A stretch of 64,000 bases of DNA from Patescibacteria group bacterium (GCA_018818205.1 JAHISJ010000024.1:17093-81092), one strand, 5' to 3'; positions 7,107 through 16,757 are shown, counted from the first letter of the stretch. Notes: generated from the letters alone by a model not told the origin. Numbers and translations are program-made.

Positions 7107-8480
7107 TCAGTGAATGGGAGTGCCATCCGGCAAAATGTGTATGTGTGTTCCAAGGAGCAAAGAATTTTTAGGAGTTGGCGTTGAAGTGGGGATAACATGA
7201 AGAACTTTGGGTTTTGCATACGCGTCCCAAATGAGAAATCCTGTACCCGCCGCTAAAGAGACTCCCGCAATGACCAAAAGGGTTGTTGACACTGTTTTAA
7301 GCGTCGACGTGGTTTTAAACAACTCATCGAGCTTTACAAGCGTTTCTTTTGAGAAATCACCTTTGGCATAGAGTGTATCAAACTCAGATTTGGTAGTAAA
7401 ATGCACTACAAGTGTCACCACCCCACTAATGAGAGAGAGTCCACCTACGCATAATCCAACACCACCAATAGCACGTCTGATCTTACTTGACGCAGTCAAA
7501 TCGTACCGAAACGTACACTTCTTTGGTAAGGAAATAGCTTTTTTAACACCTAGCGCCCAGTAAAACATTTTTGACACGATTATTTTTCTGCAATCAGTAA
7601 GCGCAGATCCACCTCGTGAGAGCGTCACATGAATCGCCTGGCACTTTTCAGAGCCACTCGACTTCTGAACACACTGTGTCCCTTTAAACTCTTCAATGGG
7701 GCCGTTTGAGTAGCTCTCAAGCATAAGCCACGTTGCCTTTTGCAAGTAAACATAGCGCTTCTCACACGCCATATTGGCAACTTTGCACGCAGCTGATGTC
7801 TTTATGACCTCCGCTGTTGGCTGCTCAAAACGTGCATCATGCTCAAGCGCGTTGGCACTTAATTTCTCAAGTAAGATATTCTTATACCACGAGTGGGTAA
7901 TACGAGAAAACGGTAAGATAATCTTCCTAGACGGCTTTGGTTCAATAAGAGGCCAATCGCTCATATCATCAGGATCAACAGCTTTTTTTCTACTGTTAAA
8001 CAAGTCCTTAACCCAGTGAAGTAGCGCATTTTTAAGCGCAGACTCCGTACTGTTTGGGTTAAGAAGTGCACCACGTGGCCACGAAACGCTTGAATTAGGA
8101 TTCCTTTTTGAAGGAAAAATCACTCTTACAAGCACTCCATACCTGTCAACTTTCTTAACCTCTTGTTTAAAGATAGAAACCTCCACAAAAGCATGGCTAT
8201 AGGATAGCATGCGCAATTGTTTGATGCATTTTTCTGTAAGTATCATGCACGATTTGTCGCCATCCAACCCTTTAAATACTTGAGAAAGTGTTTGCAATAA
8301 TACTTTCGCTTTTGGATATCGCTTTTTAAGCGCCCATAATAATGCCGCAAAAACAGGTTTCAACTCCGTTTTAACGTTTTTTTGAAGCACAATGATTTCT
8401 GAGGGAATCTGCTTTTTGGCATACGCCAAAGAATTCATGCACAAAAATGCAGCAATACACACCATTTGTATCTTTTTCAA
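7107..8480 (-). CDS. Secreted/membrane-anchored hypothetical protein (paralog of 6037..6978)
   Basis: Signal peptide MKKIQMVCIAAFLCMNSLAYA, C-terminal TM helices, AGGAGG SD. Confidence 0.6.
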   Translation of the reverse strand: MKKIQMVCIAAFLCMNSLAYAKKQIPSEIIVLQKNVKTELKPVFAALLWALKKRYPKAKVLLQTLSQVFKGLDGDKSCMILTEKCIKQLRMLSYSHAFVEVSIFKQEVKKVDRYGVLVRVIFPSKRNPNSSVSWPRGALLNPNSTESALKNALLHWVKDLFNSRKKAVDPDDMSDWPLIEPKPSRKIILPFSRITHSWYKNILLEKLSANALEHDARFEQPTAEVIKTSAACKVANMACEKRYVYLQKATWLMLESYSNGPIEEFKGTQCVQKSSGSEKCQAIHVTLSRGGSALTDCRKIIVSKMFYWALGVKKAISLPKKCTFRYDLTASSKIRRAIGGVGLCVGGLSLISGVVTLVVHFTTKSEFDTLYAKGDFSKETLVKLDELFKTTSTLKTVSTTLLVIAGVSLAAGTGFLIWDAYAKPKVLHVIPTSTPTPKNSLLLGTHIHILPDGTPIH

Positions 8481-8536
8481 AACGTCCTCCTATTTTTTGT
8501 AAATAAGTACGACTTTGGCTCCAAACTATAACAAAA

Positions 8537-8570
8537 ATGGACGAATTGTCAATATCTCGTCCATTTTTTC
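8537..8570. terminator. Bidirectional rho-independent terminator downstream of the P-type ATPase gene
   Basis: Hairpin atggacga-N12-tcgtccat flanked by A5 and T6. Confidence 0.5.
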
Positions 8571-8595
8571 TGCTCTAGTTATACAACCGGTAGGC

Positions 8596-11292
8596 CTACG
8601 CCTCCTTTTTTTGTATCTTTCGTATTCGTGCAATAAATATCCATTTGACGACTTCAATAACAACAATAACAACGATACTGCCAATAAGCACAACCATCCA
8701 GTCGTAAAAACTCAGTGGAACCGTTTTAAAAAGTCTTTGAAGCGGTCCAAAGTACACCGCAAGAATCTGCAAAGCGAATCCACCAAACACCGCAACTAAA
8801 AGCCATTTATTTGAAAAGAACTTCTCATGAAACAAGGTGTGCCTGAGGCTCCTCACACTAAACACATAGAGAAGGGAATCAAACGCCAAAAAGGAGAAAC
8901 AGATCGTCCGTACCTCAGCAAGGTCCATACCCATAATTGTATAGAGCACATAAAAAAGCGCTAACGTGCCCAGGCCGGTCACCGCACCGATAATGCCAAT
9001 AAGCACTTTCATCTCCCGGTTAATCACCGGTTCATTTTTTGCTCGTGGCGGCTCCTTCATTGCTTCTTTGTCAACCGGGTCAAATGCTAAGGCCATGCCA
9101 GGGAATCCATCATCAACTAAATTAATCCAAAGAATTTGCGTAGGAAGTAAGGGGACTGGCAGACCTAAAACAAGAGCTCCAAAGATAAGTATGAGCTCAG
9201 AAAAAGAATCGGAGAGAAGATATAAAACGACCTTTCTAATATTGTCAAAAATACGTCTCCCTTCTTCAACAGCGGCAACAATCGTTTTAAAATTGTCATT
9301 AATTAAGATCATATTAGATGTTTGCTGCGCGACTTCTGTTCCAGACCCCATAGCAACACCAATATCCGCCCTTTTAAGCGCCGGACCATCATTTACTCCA
9401 TCACCCGTCATGGCTACCACTTGATTGTCTTTTTGAAGTACCTCGACAATCTTGAGCTTGTGAACCGGTGCAACACGTGCAAACACTTTTGCCTTCTCTA
9501 CACGCTCTCTTAGCTTCTCCTCATCATCTTGAATCGATTCAAACTCAGCGCCATCAATGACTTCGTCGTCACTTTGGACAGTTAGACCCACTTCATTTGC
9601 GATGTTTCTTGCCGTCATTTTATGATCACCCGTAATCATTTTTACACCCACGCCTGCAGCATATGTTGCTTCAATAGCTTCCTTGATGTTTTTCCTAATA
9701 GGATCTCGTATAGCAATGAGTGATAAAAAGGTAAGGTTTTGTCCTTTGTCTTTGGAAAGATCAAACTCCTCCTCATCATCATCCACATCAACTTCCTTAT
9801 ACCCAAGCGCAATAACTCTAAACCCCTTGGTACTCAGTTCCTTGTTTTTCTCACCAATTATACTCCTGTCTTCTTCAGAGATGGAGACACGCTCACCACC
9901 TTTATAAATATGCGTTGAATACGTCAGTACCCGCTCAGCCGTTCCCTTCTCTAGAACCAAAACTCGATCATCGTCCTCTTTGTCCTTATGCGCAGTCACC
10001 ATATATTTGATGTACGAGTCAAACGGAATCTCGTCAATAAGTTCAAACTGCTTCTCGAGCACACACTTGCTCAAATCGTATTTACCCGCAAGATCAAAGA
10101 GCGCTTTTTCTGTAGTATCACCTAGTGCCTTTTCGCACGCACCATCAGCATCCTCGACAATTAAATCATTACACAAAGCTGATACTAAGAAGGAGTAATA
10201 AAATACCTTGTCCGACTCAATCTGGTCTTTAGGAATATCTGAAACGGGGTACTCTCCGTCAACGGTCACGAGCTTTTCTGCCTCCATCTCACCAGTAGTA
10301 ATGGTTCCTGTTTTGTCAGTACAAATAACGGTCGTACTTCCAAGAGTCTCAGCCGCAACAAGCTCACGGACAATTGCCTTTTTCTTTAAAATCTGTCGCA
10401 TGCCAACCGCAAGAATAATAGTAACCGAGATAACCATGCCCTCCGGAATGGAGCTTACCGCAAGTACCACCGCAAAATCAAACATCTCGTGAATATCACG
10501 TTTTAAAAGAATGCCGGTTACAAATACGATTATACAACAGATAATCACCACAATGGAAATCCAAATACTGAGCTCAGCCATACGTTTTTGAAGTGGTGTT
10601 GATTCCTCCTTGGTTTCTTCAACCAGCTCAGCAATCTGACCCACCTCAGTGTGAGCTCCAGTTGTTGTGACCACCGCCAAAGCTTTTCCGTTCGTAACCA
10701 CTGTACTTTGATATACCATGTTTTTTCTATCGCCAAGTGGCGTATCCTCATCTAACACCGCATCAAACTCTTTGTTTTCCGACCGGGATTCACCGGTAAG
10801 CACCGTCTCTTTGGTCTCAAAACGATTGCCGTCTAAAATCCTAGCATCAGCAGGAATCCGATCTCCCGCGTCGAGGTAAATAATGTCGCCGGGTACCAAG
10901 TCCTTTGCGTCAATTTCTTTGACCGCACCGTCTCTCAGCACCTTTGCCTTAAACACAACCACCTCTTTAAGCTCAGATATGGTCTTAACGGCTTTCATCT
11001 CCTGAATCACCGAGATAATGATATTGATAACAAGTGCCGCAAGAATGACAATAGCATCCGTTTTTTCACCAAAGAAAAAGGAAATGAACGCAGCAATAAA
11101 CAAGATAATAGTAAAAAGATCTTTAAACTGTCTGAAAAAGACCTTAAAAATCGACGGCGGTTTTTTCTCTTCAAGTTTATTTGGTCCGTACTTTTCTTGG
11201 CGTTTTGCTACATCACTCAAAGAAAGACCCGATTTTTTGTTTGATGAAAGCTCCTTAAGCGCCTCATCTGCTGTTTTTGTATAATATTTCAT
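8596..11292 (-). CDS. P-type cation-transporting ATPase (P2/Ca2+-ATPase-like)
   Basis: DKTGTIT phosphorylation motif, TGDGVNDGPALKRADIGVAMG hinge motif, about 10 TM segments, 898 aa. Confidence 0.9.
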   Translation of the reverse strand: MKYYTKTADEALKELSSNKKSGLSLSDVAKRQEKYGPNKLEEKKPPSIFKVFFRQFKDLFTIILFIAAFISFFFGEKTDAIVILAALVINIIISVIQEMKAVKTISELKEVVVFKAKVLRDGAVKEIDAKDLVPGDIIYLDAGDRIPADARILDGNRFETKETVLTGESRSENKEFDAVLDEDTPLGDRKNMVYQSTVVTNGKALAVVTTTGAHTEVGQIAELVEETKEESTPLQKRMAELSIWISIVVIICCIIVFVTGILLKRDIHEMFDFAVVLAVSSIPEGMVISVTIILAVGMRQILKKKAIVRELVAAETLGSTTVICTDKTGTITTGEMEAEKLVTVDGEYPVSDIPKDQIESDKVFYYSFLVSALCNDLIVEDADGACEKALGDTTEKALFDLAGKYDLSKCVLEKQFELIDEIPFDSYIKYMVTAHKDKEDDDRVLVLEKGTAERVLTYSTHIYKGGERVSISEEDRSIIGEKNKELSTKGFRVIALGYKEVDVDDDEEEFDLSKDKGQNLTFLSLIAIRDPIRKNIKEAIEATYAAGVGVKMITGDHKMTARNIANEVGLTVQSDDEVIDGAEFESIQDDEEKLRERVEKAKVFARVAPVHKLKIVEVLQKDNQVVAMTGDGVNDGPALKRADIGVAMGSGTEVAQQTSNMILINDNFKTIVAAVEEGRRIFDNIRKVVLYLLSDSFSELILIFGALVLGLPVPLLPTQILWINLVDDGFPGMALAFDPVDKEAMKEPPRAKNEPVINREMKVLIGIIGAVTGLGTLALFYVLYTIMGMDLAEVRTICFSFLAFDSLLYVFSVRSLRHTLFHEKFFSNKWLLVAVFGGFALQILAVYFGPLQRLFKTVPLSFYDWMVVLIGSIVVIVVIEVVKWIFIARIRKIQKKEA

Positions 11293-11355
11293 ACGTGCAT
11301 AATACCATATTTTAGGTTAGAATAAAAAGGAAGTAAGTAATTCTAACAAAAAAAA

Positions 11356-11538
11356 ATGAGCTCACTCAATATTCCTCCACAAGTGCTAGAAAAGGCGATC
11401 AAAACGGGGAACCCACAATACCTGGGAGATAAGCGTTACGTTCAAACGAGACAAAAAGGGCGAAACGTAAAAATAACGGTGTACAGAAAAGAAGGAGCAA
11501 AGAAAGTTGTTGAAGGTGAGTGGCAAGAATTTATGTGA
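11356..11538 (+). CDS. Small hypothetical protein (60 aa)
   Basis: ORF followed by a strong terminator. No recognisable domain. Confidence 0.35.
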   Translation: MSSLNIPPQVLEKAIKTGNPQYLGDKRYVQTRQKGRNVKITVYRKEGAKKVVEGEWQEFM

Positions 11539-11543
11539 AATCA

Positions 11544-11585
11544 AAAAAGCCTCCGCGCATACATGCCGGAGGCCATTGTTTTTAT
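11544..11585 (+). terminator. Rho-independent terminator
   Basis: Hairpin gcctccg-N10-cggaggc followed by a T-rich tract. Confidence 0.55.
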
Positions 11586-11609
11586 TAATTTAATTTCAGA
11601 AATGTATTC

Positions 11610-12248
11610 TCACCAATGGATGTCCATAGCAATAATGAAGAGTTCTCCGCCAGCTTTCCCAACACCAATGCAATCTTCAAGTTTCTTACCATCGGGGATA
11701 TGAACGGTACCTTCAATACAAAGTACGCCACCTTTCATCTTTGAAGCAACTTTGCCTAAGGTGTTTCCTTTGATTACTATTGAGCCACCAGTCTGCCCAA
11801 AGGCAACTTCTTCACCGGCTCCGCCAACAATCTCTAATTTTCCTCCAGACATAAGTCCGCCTGGTGAATATTTAACACTTCCAAGTACAGATACCAAGCC
11901 ACCACTTTGAGACATGGCAATATCGTTTCCTGCATTACCGTTAAGTACTAGCACTCCCCGTCGCCAACCAGAACCCAACGCACGAAATTCCTTAAGCTTA
12001 TGATGTGTAAGCACAATTGTCGTCGCGCTTGAATACGCCTTAGCATTTGTGGGATCGCTAGAAAGCACATGCATAACTTGTTCAGCGATGATTCTGTCTG
12101 CAAGGGCAGTAACATGCTTTCCAGTAATATCCCACTCCTCATGATACGCTCCTGGAGAGGGGAAATTGGCAAAAGCTGTAACTAACGCATTTGCAGTAAC
12201 ATTCTGAGGGGCATCTCTGCAAAGCATATCAAGGTCACCATGCGCCAT
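11610..12248 (-). CDS. GXGXG-repeat beta-helix protein (glutamate synthase alpha C-terminal domain-like / FwdC-like)
   Basis: Multiple G-x-G-x-x-G repeats (GNAGNDIAMSQSGG, GGKLEIVGGAGEE, GGSIVIKG). Confidence 0.5.
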   Translation of the reverse strand: MAHGDLDMLCRDAPQNVTANALVTAFANFPSPGAYHEEWDITGKHVTALADRIIAEQVMHVLSSDPTNAKAYSSATTIVLTHHKLKEFRALGSGWRRGVLVLNGNAGNDIAMSQSGGLVSVLGSVKYSPGGLMSGGKLEIVGGAGEEVAFGQTGGSIVIKGNTLGKVASKMKGGVLCIEGTVHIPDGKKLEDCIGVGKAGGELFIIAMDIHW

Positions 12249-12376
12249 CGTTCTTGATTAAGCCATTTGATAATGGCTTCCACCTGTTGTTCGAATTTCA
12301 ACTTAGTTCCTCCTTTTTTGTTAAAAAAAACAGCTTATTAAAGCTGTAAAGATTGCATAAAACGAATGTAGTAATT

Positions 12377-13123
12377 CTAAACAATACACATTTCCCACAT
12401 AAAACGCCAAATCATCTTCTGCGTCTGAGCAATTGCTGGGCTCTTAATACTCATAGCATATTCTTCATGCTGAGTATACGAAACAAATGCCACAATATCA
12501 TCATACATAAGTATTTCTGCAGGGAAGTTGTATTTTTTTGTATCAACTAAGCGACTTTCTCGAAAATTCTGGTTGTCTTTTTTTTGAAAGGCACATCCAT
12601 CTGCATTGTCTGGCACAAGCAATTGACCAAATACGTTTCGCTTTCTTCTTTCGACTTTAAATTCCTCATCCCAAAACGTCTCAAGAATTTTTGTCTTCGA
12701 AAGCAACGATTCTACACCTACAAAAGCATAGAGTCTTTTTTCCTTTGAGTGAATCGCTCCAAGATACGCTTGTTTAATCCCCAGCAGTCCTTCATGAAAT
12801 GACATAACCGGTTTATGACTACCTTTTTCCGCCACTTCCTTTAGCCTAGGCAGGATACTATTGAAAGCACTCATTTTATCAGAAAGCATTTTCTGAAGCA
12901 CTTCTGGATTACGTGCAACAAGGCGCGTCTTTTTTCCACGAATACTTTTATATACAAGCCCCTTAACTATTAGTCTATCGATAATATCATAAAGCATCGA
13001 GCGATTGATGCATGATTTATTAGCAACTTCAAGCACACTTGCCGGTCCAATCTCTAGCAACGCAAGATACGCAGCACTTTCATTCTTATCTAACCCGAAG
13101 GTAGATAATATTTTTGAGTTCAT
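12377..13123 (-). CDS. TrmB-family transcriptional regulator
   Basis: N-terminal wHTH LSTFGLDKNESAAYLALLEIGPASVLEVANKSCINRSMLYDIIDRLIVKGLV is typical of TrmB. Start placed at MNSKIL. Confidence 0.65.
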   Translation of the reverse strand: MNSKILSTFGLDKNESAAYLALLEIGPASVLEVANKSCINRSMLYDIIDRLIVKGLVYKSIRGKKTRLVARNPEVLQKMLSDKMSAFNSILPRLKEVAEKGSHKPVMSFHEGLLGIKQAYLGAIHSKEKRLYAFVGVESLLSKTKILETFWDEEFKVERRKRNVFGQLLVPDNADGCAFQKKDNQNFRESRLVDTKKYNFPAEILMYDDIVAFVSYTQHEEYAMSIKSPAIAQTQKMIWRFMWEMCIV

Positions 13124-13306
13124 AATTTTGTTGTAAAGTAACAACAAAATGATACCATTTTTTTAGCTTATTTGTCAATTTTTACGAGTAATTAACTTCT
13201 AAGAGAAGAAAATTTGTATGCGCCCATTAACATTTTGTACTATTTCTCATATTATAACGTACTGTAAGAAGCAAAAGTGAACATTATTAAACCGAAGGAG
13301 GATCTA

Positions 13307-13684
13307 ATGTTGTCTGAACAAAGCAAATTTGTTATGCGTACACTCAAGGAAAACTATATGACGCAATTAATTCCTGGGTTAGACACCAAGGAAAGAAGCA
13401 TGATTTTTATTATCATTCATGATTTTAGAGAAGAGAGGATTGTAGTTCTGTGGGATCACATAAGAGATGAAGAAAAAATTCCCAACCACCAAAGATTGTT
13501 TGATGCATTTTGTTCACTAAACGATAACACCGCAACAACGTGGGAAAAGTATATCAAAGGTGGCGGGGTAGCAATTAACGGGAAGGTCGTTTGTTGGAGT
13601 TCAGAGGTATTTGGAAGTGTAGGATCCGGACATCGGAACGTAATTGAAAGGGCACTTAGTGAACGTTTTGAAGGAATTGAGTAA
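13307..13684 (+). CDS. Hypothetical protein
   Basis: AAGGAGG SD 5 nt upstream of the ATG at 13307. The ORF-track start 13277 lies upstream of the SD. Confidence 0.45.
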   Translation: MLSEQSKFVMRTLKENYMTQLIPGLDTKERSMIFIIIHDFREERIVVLWDHIRDEEKIPNHQRLFDAFCSLNDNTATTWEKYIKGGGVAINGKVVCWSSEVFGSVGSGHRNVIERALSERFEGIE

Positions 13685-13839
13685 TGATCATTACTGCAAA
13701 TATAACAGTTAAGCAGCTTAACCTTCTTCTAGAAATGTCACAAAATGAGGCAAAGGAATTGGCAAACAAGGCAAACGTATCTTTCTTTCCAACCGGTCTC
13801 TCTGTTGTCAAGGACTATACCCATCAGGAGATGGCATAA
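13684..13839 (+). CDS. Small hypothetical protein (51 aa), start overlaps previous stop (TAATG)
   Basis: Translation MIITANITVKQLNLLLEMSQNEAKELANKANVSFFPTGLSVVKDYTHQEMA. Followed by a terminator. Confidence 0.25.
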   Translation: MIITANITVKQLNLLLEMSQNEAKELANKANVSFFPTGLSVVKDYTHQEMA

Positions 13840-13861
13840 TACACGCTCTCTAAAAATCAAG

Positions 13862-13891
13862 CCAGCAAATATTTAGTTTTGCTGGTTTTTT
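13862..13891 (+). terminator. Rho-independent terminator (likely bidirectional)
   Basis: Hairpin ccagcaaa-N8-tttgctgg followed by T6. An A8 run on the other side. Confidence 0.5.
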
Positions 13892-13970
13892 GCATAAAAA
13901 AAACACCCGGAGGGTGGGCTCAATCCCTTAACAAAGCGAGGAGGTGCTCGAGACTGAAATAATCATACAG

Positions 13971-14195
13971 AAATTGAAGGGGTCCCCAAGCAATTCCGAT
14001 TGATTGGGGAGAAGGAGGAACAATTCGTAACTGGAGTAGAATCCGTAGGCTTTGCGAAGTAATACACAGAAATAGGTTTCTGAAAGGGGTCCCCAAATAA
14101 TTCCTATTGTTTGGGGAGAAGGAGGAACAATATGGAAGCTGGAGTGGATCCCGAAGGCTTTGCGGAGGGATACACGTAAGCTGGAATATTGTTCC
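13971..14195. repeat. Tandem duplication of a ~110-bp element (2 copies, ~85% identity) abutting the tRNA 3' end
   Basis: Each copy has a conserved hairpin (tccccaa-loop-ttgggga, with compensatory changes), then gaaggaggaacaat, then ctggagt-gatcc-aggctttgcg-ag--atacac. Confidence 0.65.
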
Positions 14196-14199
14196 GACG

Positions 14200-14272
14200 T
14201 GGGCCCAGTAGGATTTGAACCTACGACAATCCGGTTATGAGCCGGGTGCTCTAACCACTGAGCTATGGGCCC
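14200..14272 (-). tRNA. tRNA with CAU anticodon (elongator Met or lysidine-type Ile2). C4-G69/C5-G68 acceptor pairs favour tRNA-Ile2.
   Basis: Minus-strand cloverleaf GGGCCCATAGCTCAGTGGTTAGAGCACCCGGCTCATAACCGGATTGTCGTAGGTTCAAATCCTACTGGGCCCA. G1-C72 means it is not an initiator. CCA is not encoded. Confidence 0.85.
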
Positions 14273-14334
14273 TAAGAAACACAAATCACTTACTCATTGT
14301 ATAAAAGCTCCCTTGAATGTCAATCTACTTCTGC

Positions 14335-14985
14335 TTAAGCAACCACCGGATGCATGATTATACACTCTACACCCTCAACATCTATAGCCGCTTTAAAGTT
14401 ATCCGCAGGACTATCAATACCTACATCATAACTCATGGGAATAACATATTTAGGCCGAACCATACGTACCGCATCAGCGGCATCTCTAAAATCCATTTCT
14501 CCCTCACCACCAATGGGCAAAAACGCAATATCAACATTTTCTCTATCTTGCATTCCGGGAATCAAATCGGTATCACCAGCAAAATAAAGTTTTTTCCCTG
14601 ACACTAACACCTCATAGCCAAACCCAAAATCACGAGGGAATGTTGAGCGTCCTTCACTATACGCAGGAATGGCACGGACAGATACGCCACTAAGCTCTCT
14701 AACTCCTCCTTCGGCCATTACGGTAACAAGCGAACCAACGGTATCTTCTGCACTTTGTGGACCAAAAACGGAAGTACCTTCTTTAGAAACAAGTTCAATT
14801 TGTTCTTTTGAGCAGGTCTTGTCACCTGCATGTGAAATAAGTATCACGTCTGCCTTGTCCTCATCAGAAACGGATACAATATTAAGTGGATCAAAATAGA
14901 TAACTGCATCAGGAGCTTTTACAAAGAAACTGGAATTACCAAAATAGGTGATTGTAAAATCGTCTATTGATATTGTCTCTGCCAT
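14335..14985 (-). CDS. MBL-fold metal-dependent hydrolase (UPF0173-like)
   Basis: LISHAGDKT ... FLPIGG motifs of the beta-lactamase fold. Paralogous to 49922..50563. Confidence 0.65.
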   Translation of the reverse strand: MAETISIDDFTITYFGNSSFFVKAPDAVIYFDPLNIVSVSDEDKADVILISHAGDKTCSKEQIELVSKEGTSVFGPQSAEDTVGSLVTVMAEGGVRELSGVSVRAIPAYSEGRSTFPRDFGFGYEVLVSGKKLYFAGDTDLIPGMQDRENVDIAFLPIGGEGEMDFRDAADAVRMVRPKYVIPMSYDVGIDSPADNFKAAIDVEGVECIIMHPVVA

Positions 14986-14994
14986 ACTGTTTTG

Positions 14995-16602
14995 TTATTG
15001 TTCTCTAAATATTTCTTCTTTTTTTTCTTTAATAAACCCTAGCCACTCTTCAAAAATTTCTACCAGCCCCTTAAATGGCGCTTCGATGATAACATCAAGG
15101 ATAAATACAAATACGTTCACTCGTGAGAAGTTAAGCGACATCCATCTTCCCGCTCGTATAATCGGTAATGCAAGTAGATCGAGTCCAAGGGTAAAAATGT
15201 TTTCTTTATTATCAAGCACCAAAAGTTCCTTTGCACTATGTCTAATCTTAAACCCGAAAAAGCTGACAAGACACAAGAAAAGTAAGAAAAGGAAAATACT
15301 GACAGCATTAAACCCAATTCTGGAAAGCGCAAACACGACAATGCCAAACGAAATCACAAAGAGTGTTGCGTACAGAATATTAAAGACAAGCCCCGCAATA
15401 CCCCGTTTTGTAACCGCTTTCTTAATTTCATACGCACCACCTTCTTCTTCATATCCATACACAACTTCCTTGAGGCCGTGAATAATTTTCTCAGTATTCT
15501 TCTCATCTGGTTTTTTGACGGTCAAAACTAAAACGGCAAGAAAGATTGGGTGAAACAAAACATTTACGATAAGCGGCAACCACTGCAATTCACCAAGAAA
15601 ATATATATCGTACGGAACTTCCAATATAAGTGCTAGCAGCATTTTGGTAAGGAAAATATACAAAATACTTCGTATAATGGCTCGCTTAAGTTTGGCATCC
15701 TGCTCTTTGTATTGCTTTAAACACGCCTGTTCAACCGCATTATCAAGCTCTTCCGGCTCAGAAAGCATTGCCTCAGCCTTGTCTGGGTTTGCTTCAATAA
15801 CGTCCTGCAAAATAATAAATAGCGGCGTGTATTTTCTTACTCGAACCATAAAATAGCGATTCAAAGGATGTCCCACAAGACGATCCACCTGCTCCTTAAC
15901 GGAGAGAAGCTCGTTTCTAATCTTTCTTGGATTAGCAAAATCAAGACTTGTCCAGTGAGGAAAGTAGAGTTTGAGCAAACTGTACTCAATCATCGGTTTA
16001 TCTGCTTTGAGCAATGTACGTCTAATCGCAATGTACACCAAAATGTTCTTTTCTTCTTTTTTGAGGGACTTGTCTTTGGAGATAAAGTTATCACTAATTG
16101 AGCGATACATACACTCAACAAGCGCTTCTTGAACTGGTGCCGGGGTCAGTGTTTCCTCGAGTTCACACGCTGCAATATCAATAAACCACTTTACCAGTTT
16201 CTTTTTTTCTTTGGCTTCCTCATTTGACGCAACAGAATTGATGAGGCGGATATACTTATCAAGCACGCGCCCTACATCAATTGTTAAGTCCTCAGGAATG
16301 GTATCGTTTTTTAAATACCCCCCTCGAATAAGCTCCTGAATAAGCGGCAAAGCTACCGTCTTTCCGTTTGCACCACCAACCAAACGCCTTCTAAGCGCCC
16401 GTCTGATTGCATCCGTTCTAAGTAAATGTTCTTCTTTTAAGTCAACTACCGTGCGAATTTTTTCATACAAAAAGGCAACCTTTGACGCGACCTCGCTTAC
16501 AGAAATCTTTGGAACATCGGCCGGATACAGGCCTTTCTCAGACTTCTTAAGCGTCACATCAACGATTCTTCTAACACAAGCTGTTGGTTCATAGAAGCTC
16601 AT
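14995..16602 (-). CDS. Integral membrane protein with large N-terminal soluble domain, hypothetical
   Basis: 535 aa. Multiple C-terminal TM helices. No recognised motif. Confidence 0.55.
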   Translation of the reverse strand: MSFYEPTACVRRIVDVTLKKSEKGLYPADVPKISVSEVASKVAFLYEKIRTVVDLKEEHLLRTDAIRRALRRRLVGGANGKTVALPLIQELIRGGYLKNDTIPEDLTIDVGRVLDKYIRLINSVASNEEAKEKKKLVKWFIDIAACELEETLTPAPVQEALVECMYRSISDNFISKDKSLKKEEKNILVYIAIRRTLLKADKPMIEYSLLKLYFPHWTSLDFANPRKIRNELLSVKEQVDRLVGHPLNRYFMVRVRKYTPLFIILQDVIEANPDKAEAMLSEPEELDNAVEQACLKQYKEQDAKLKRAIIRSILYIFLTKMLLALILEVPYDIYFLGELQWLPLIVNVLFHPIFLAVLVLTVKKPDEKNTEKIIHGLKEVVYGYEEEGGAYEIKKAVTKRGIAGLVFNILYATLFVISFGIVVFALSRIGFNAVSIFLFLLFLCLVSFFGFKIRHSAKELLVLDNKENIFTLGLDLLALPIIRAGRWMSLNFSRVNVFVFILDVIIEAPFKGLVEIFEEWLGFIKEKKEEIFREQ

Positions 16603-16728
16603 AGTAGCTTTATTATACTTAAAGAAAGCAGAAGTAACAATGATTTTCCAAGAAGTGAATATACCACATTGCTACTCAAAAGTCAATACATTGGGATAGG
16701 ATATTCCCCCATTGAACAGAAATGATGC

Positions 16729-16757
16729 TTGACCACCAATGAATATTCCTTTAGTAT
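16729..16757 (+). promoter_or_regulatory. Sigma70-type promoter (TTGACC-N17-TAGTAT) for tRNA-Glu
   Basis: -35 and -10 hexamers with a 17-nt spacer, about 20 nt upstream of the tRNA 5' end. Confidence 0.5.

Noticed and set aside
8515-10492. Plus-strand ORFs 8515..8799, 8966..9424, 9322..9513, 9683..9907, 9980..10198, 10208..10492, 11018..11284
   Set aside because: All antisense to the 898-aa P-type ATPase, whose motifs DKTGT and TGDGVNDGPAL are unambiguous.
13928-14284. 118-aa minus-strand ORF
   Set aside because: Overlaps the tRNA(CAT) gene and the tandem repeats. The GSNPTG peptide is simply the translated T-arm (GGTTCGAATCC-like).
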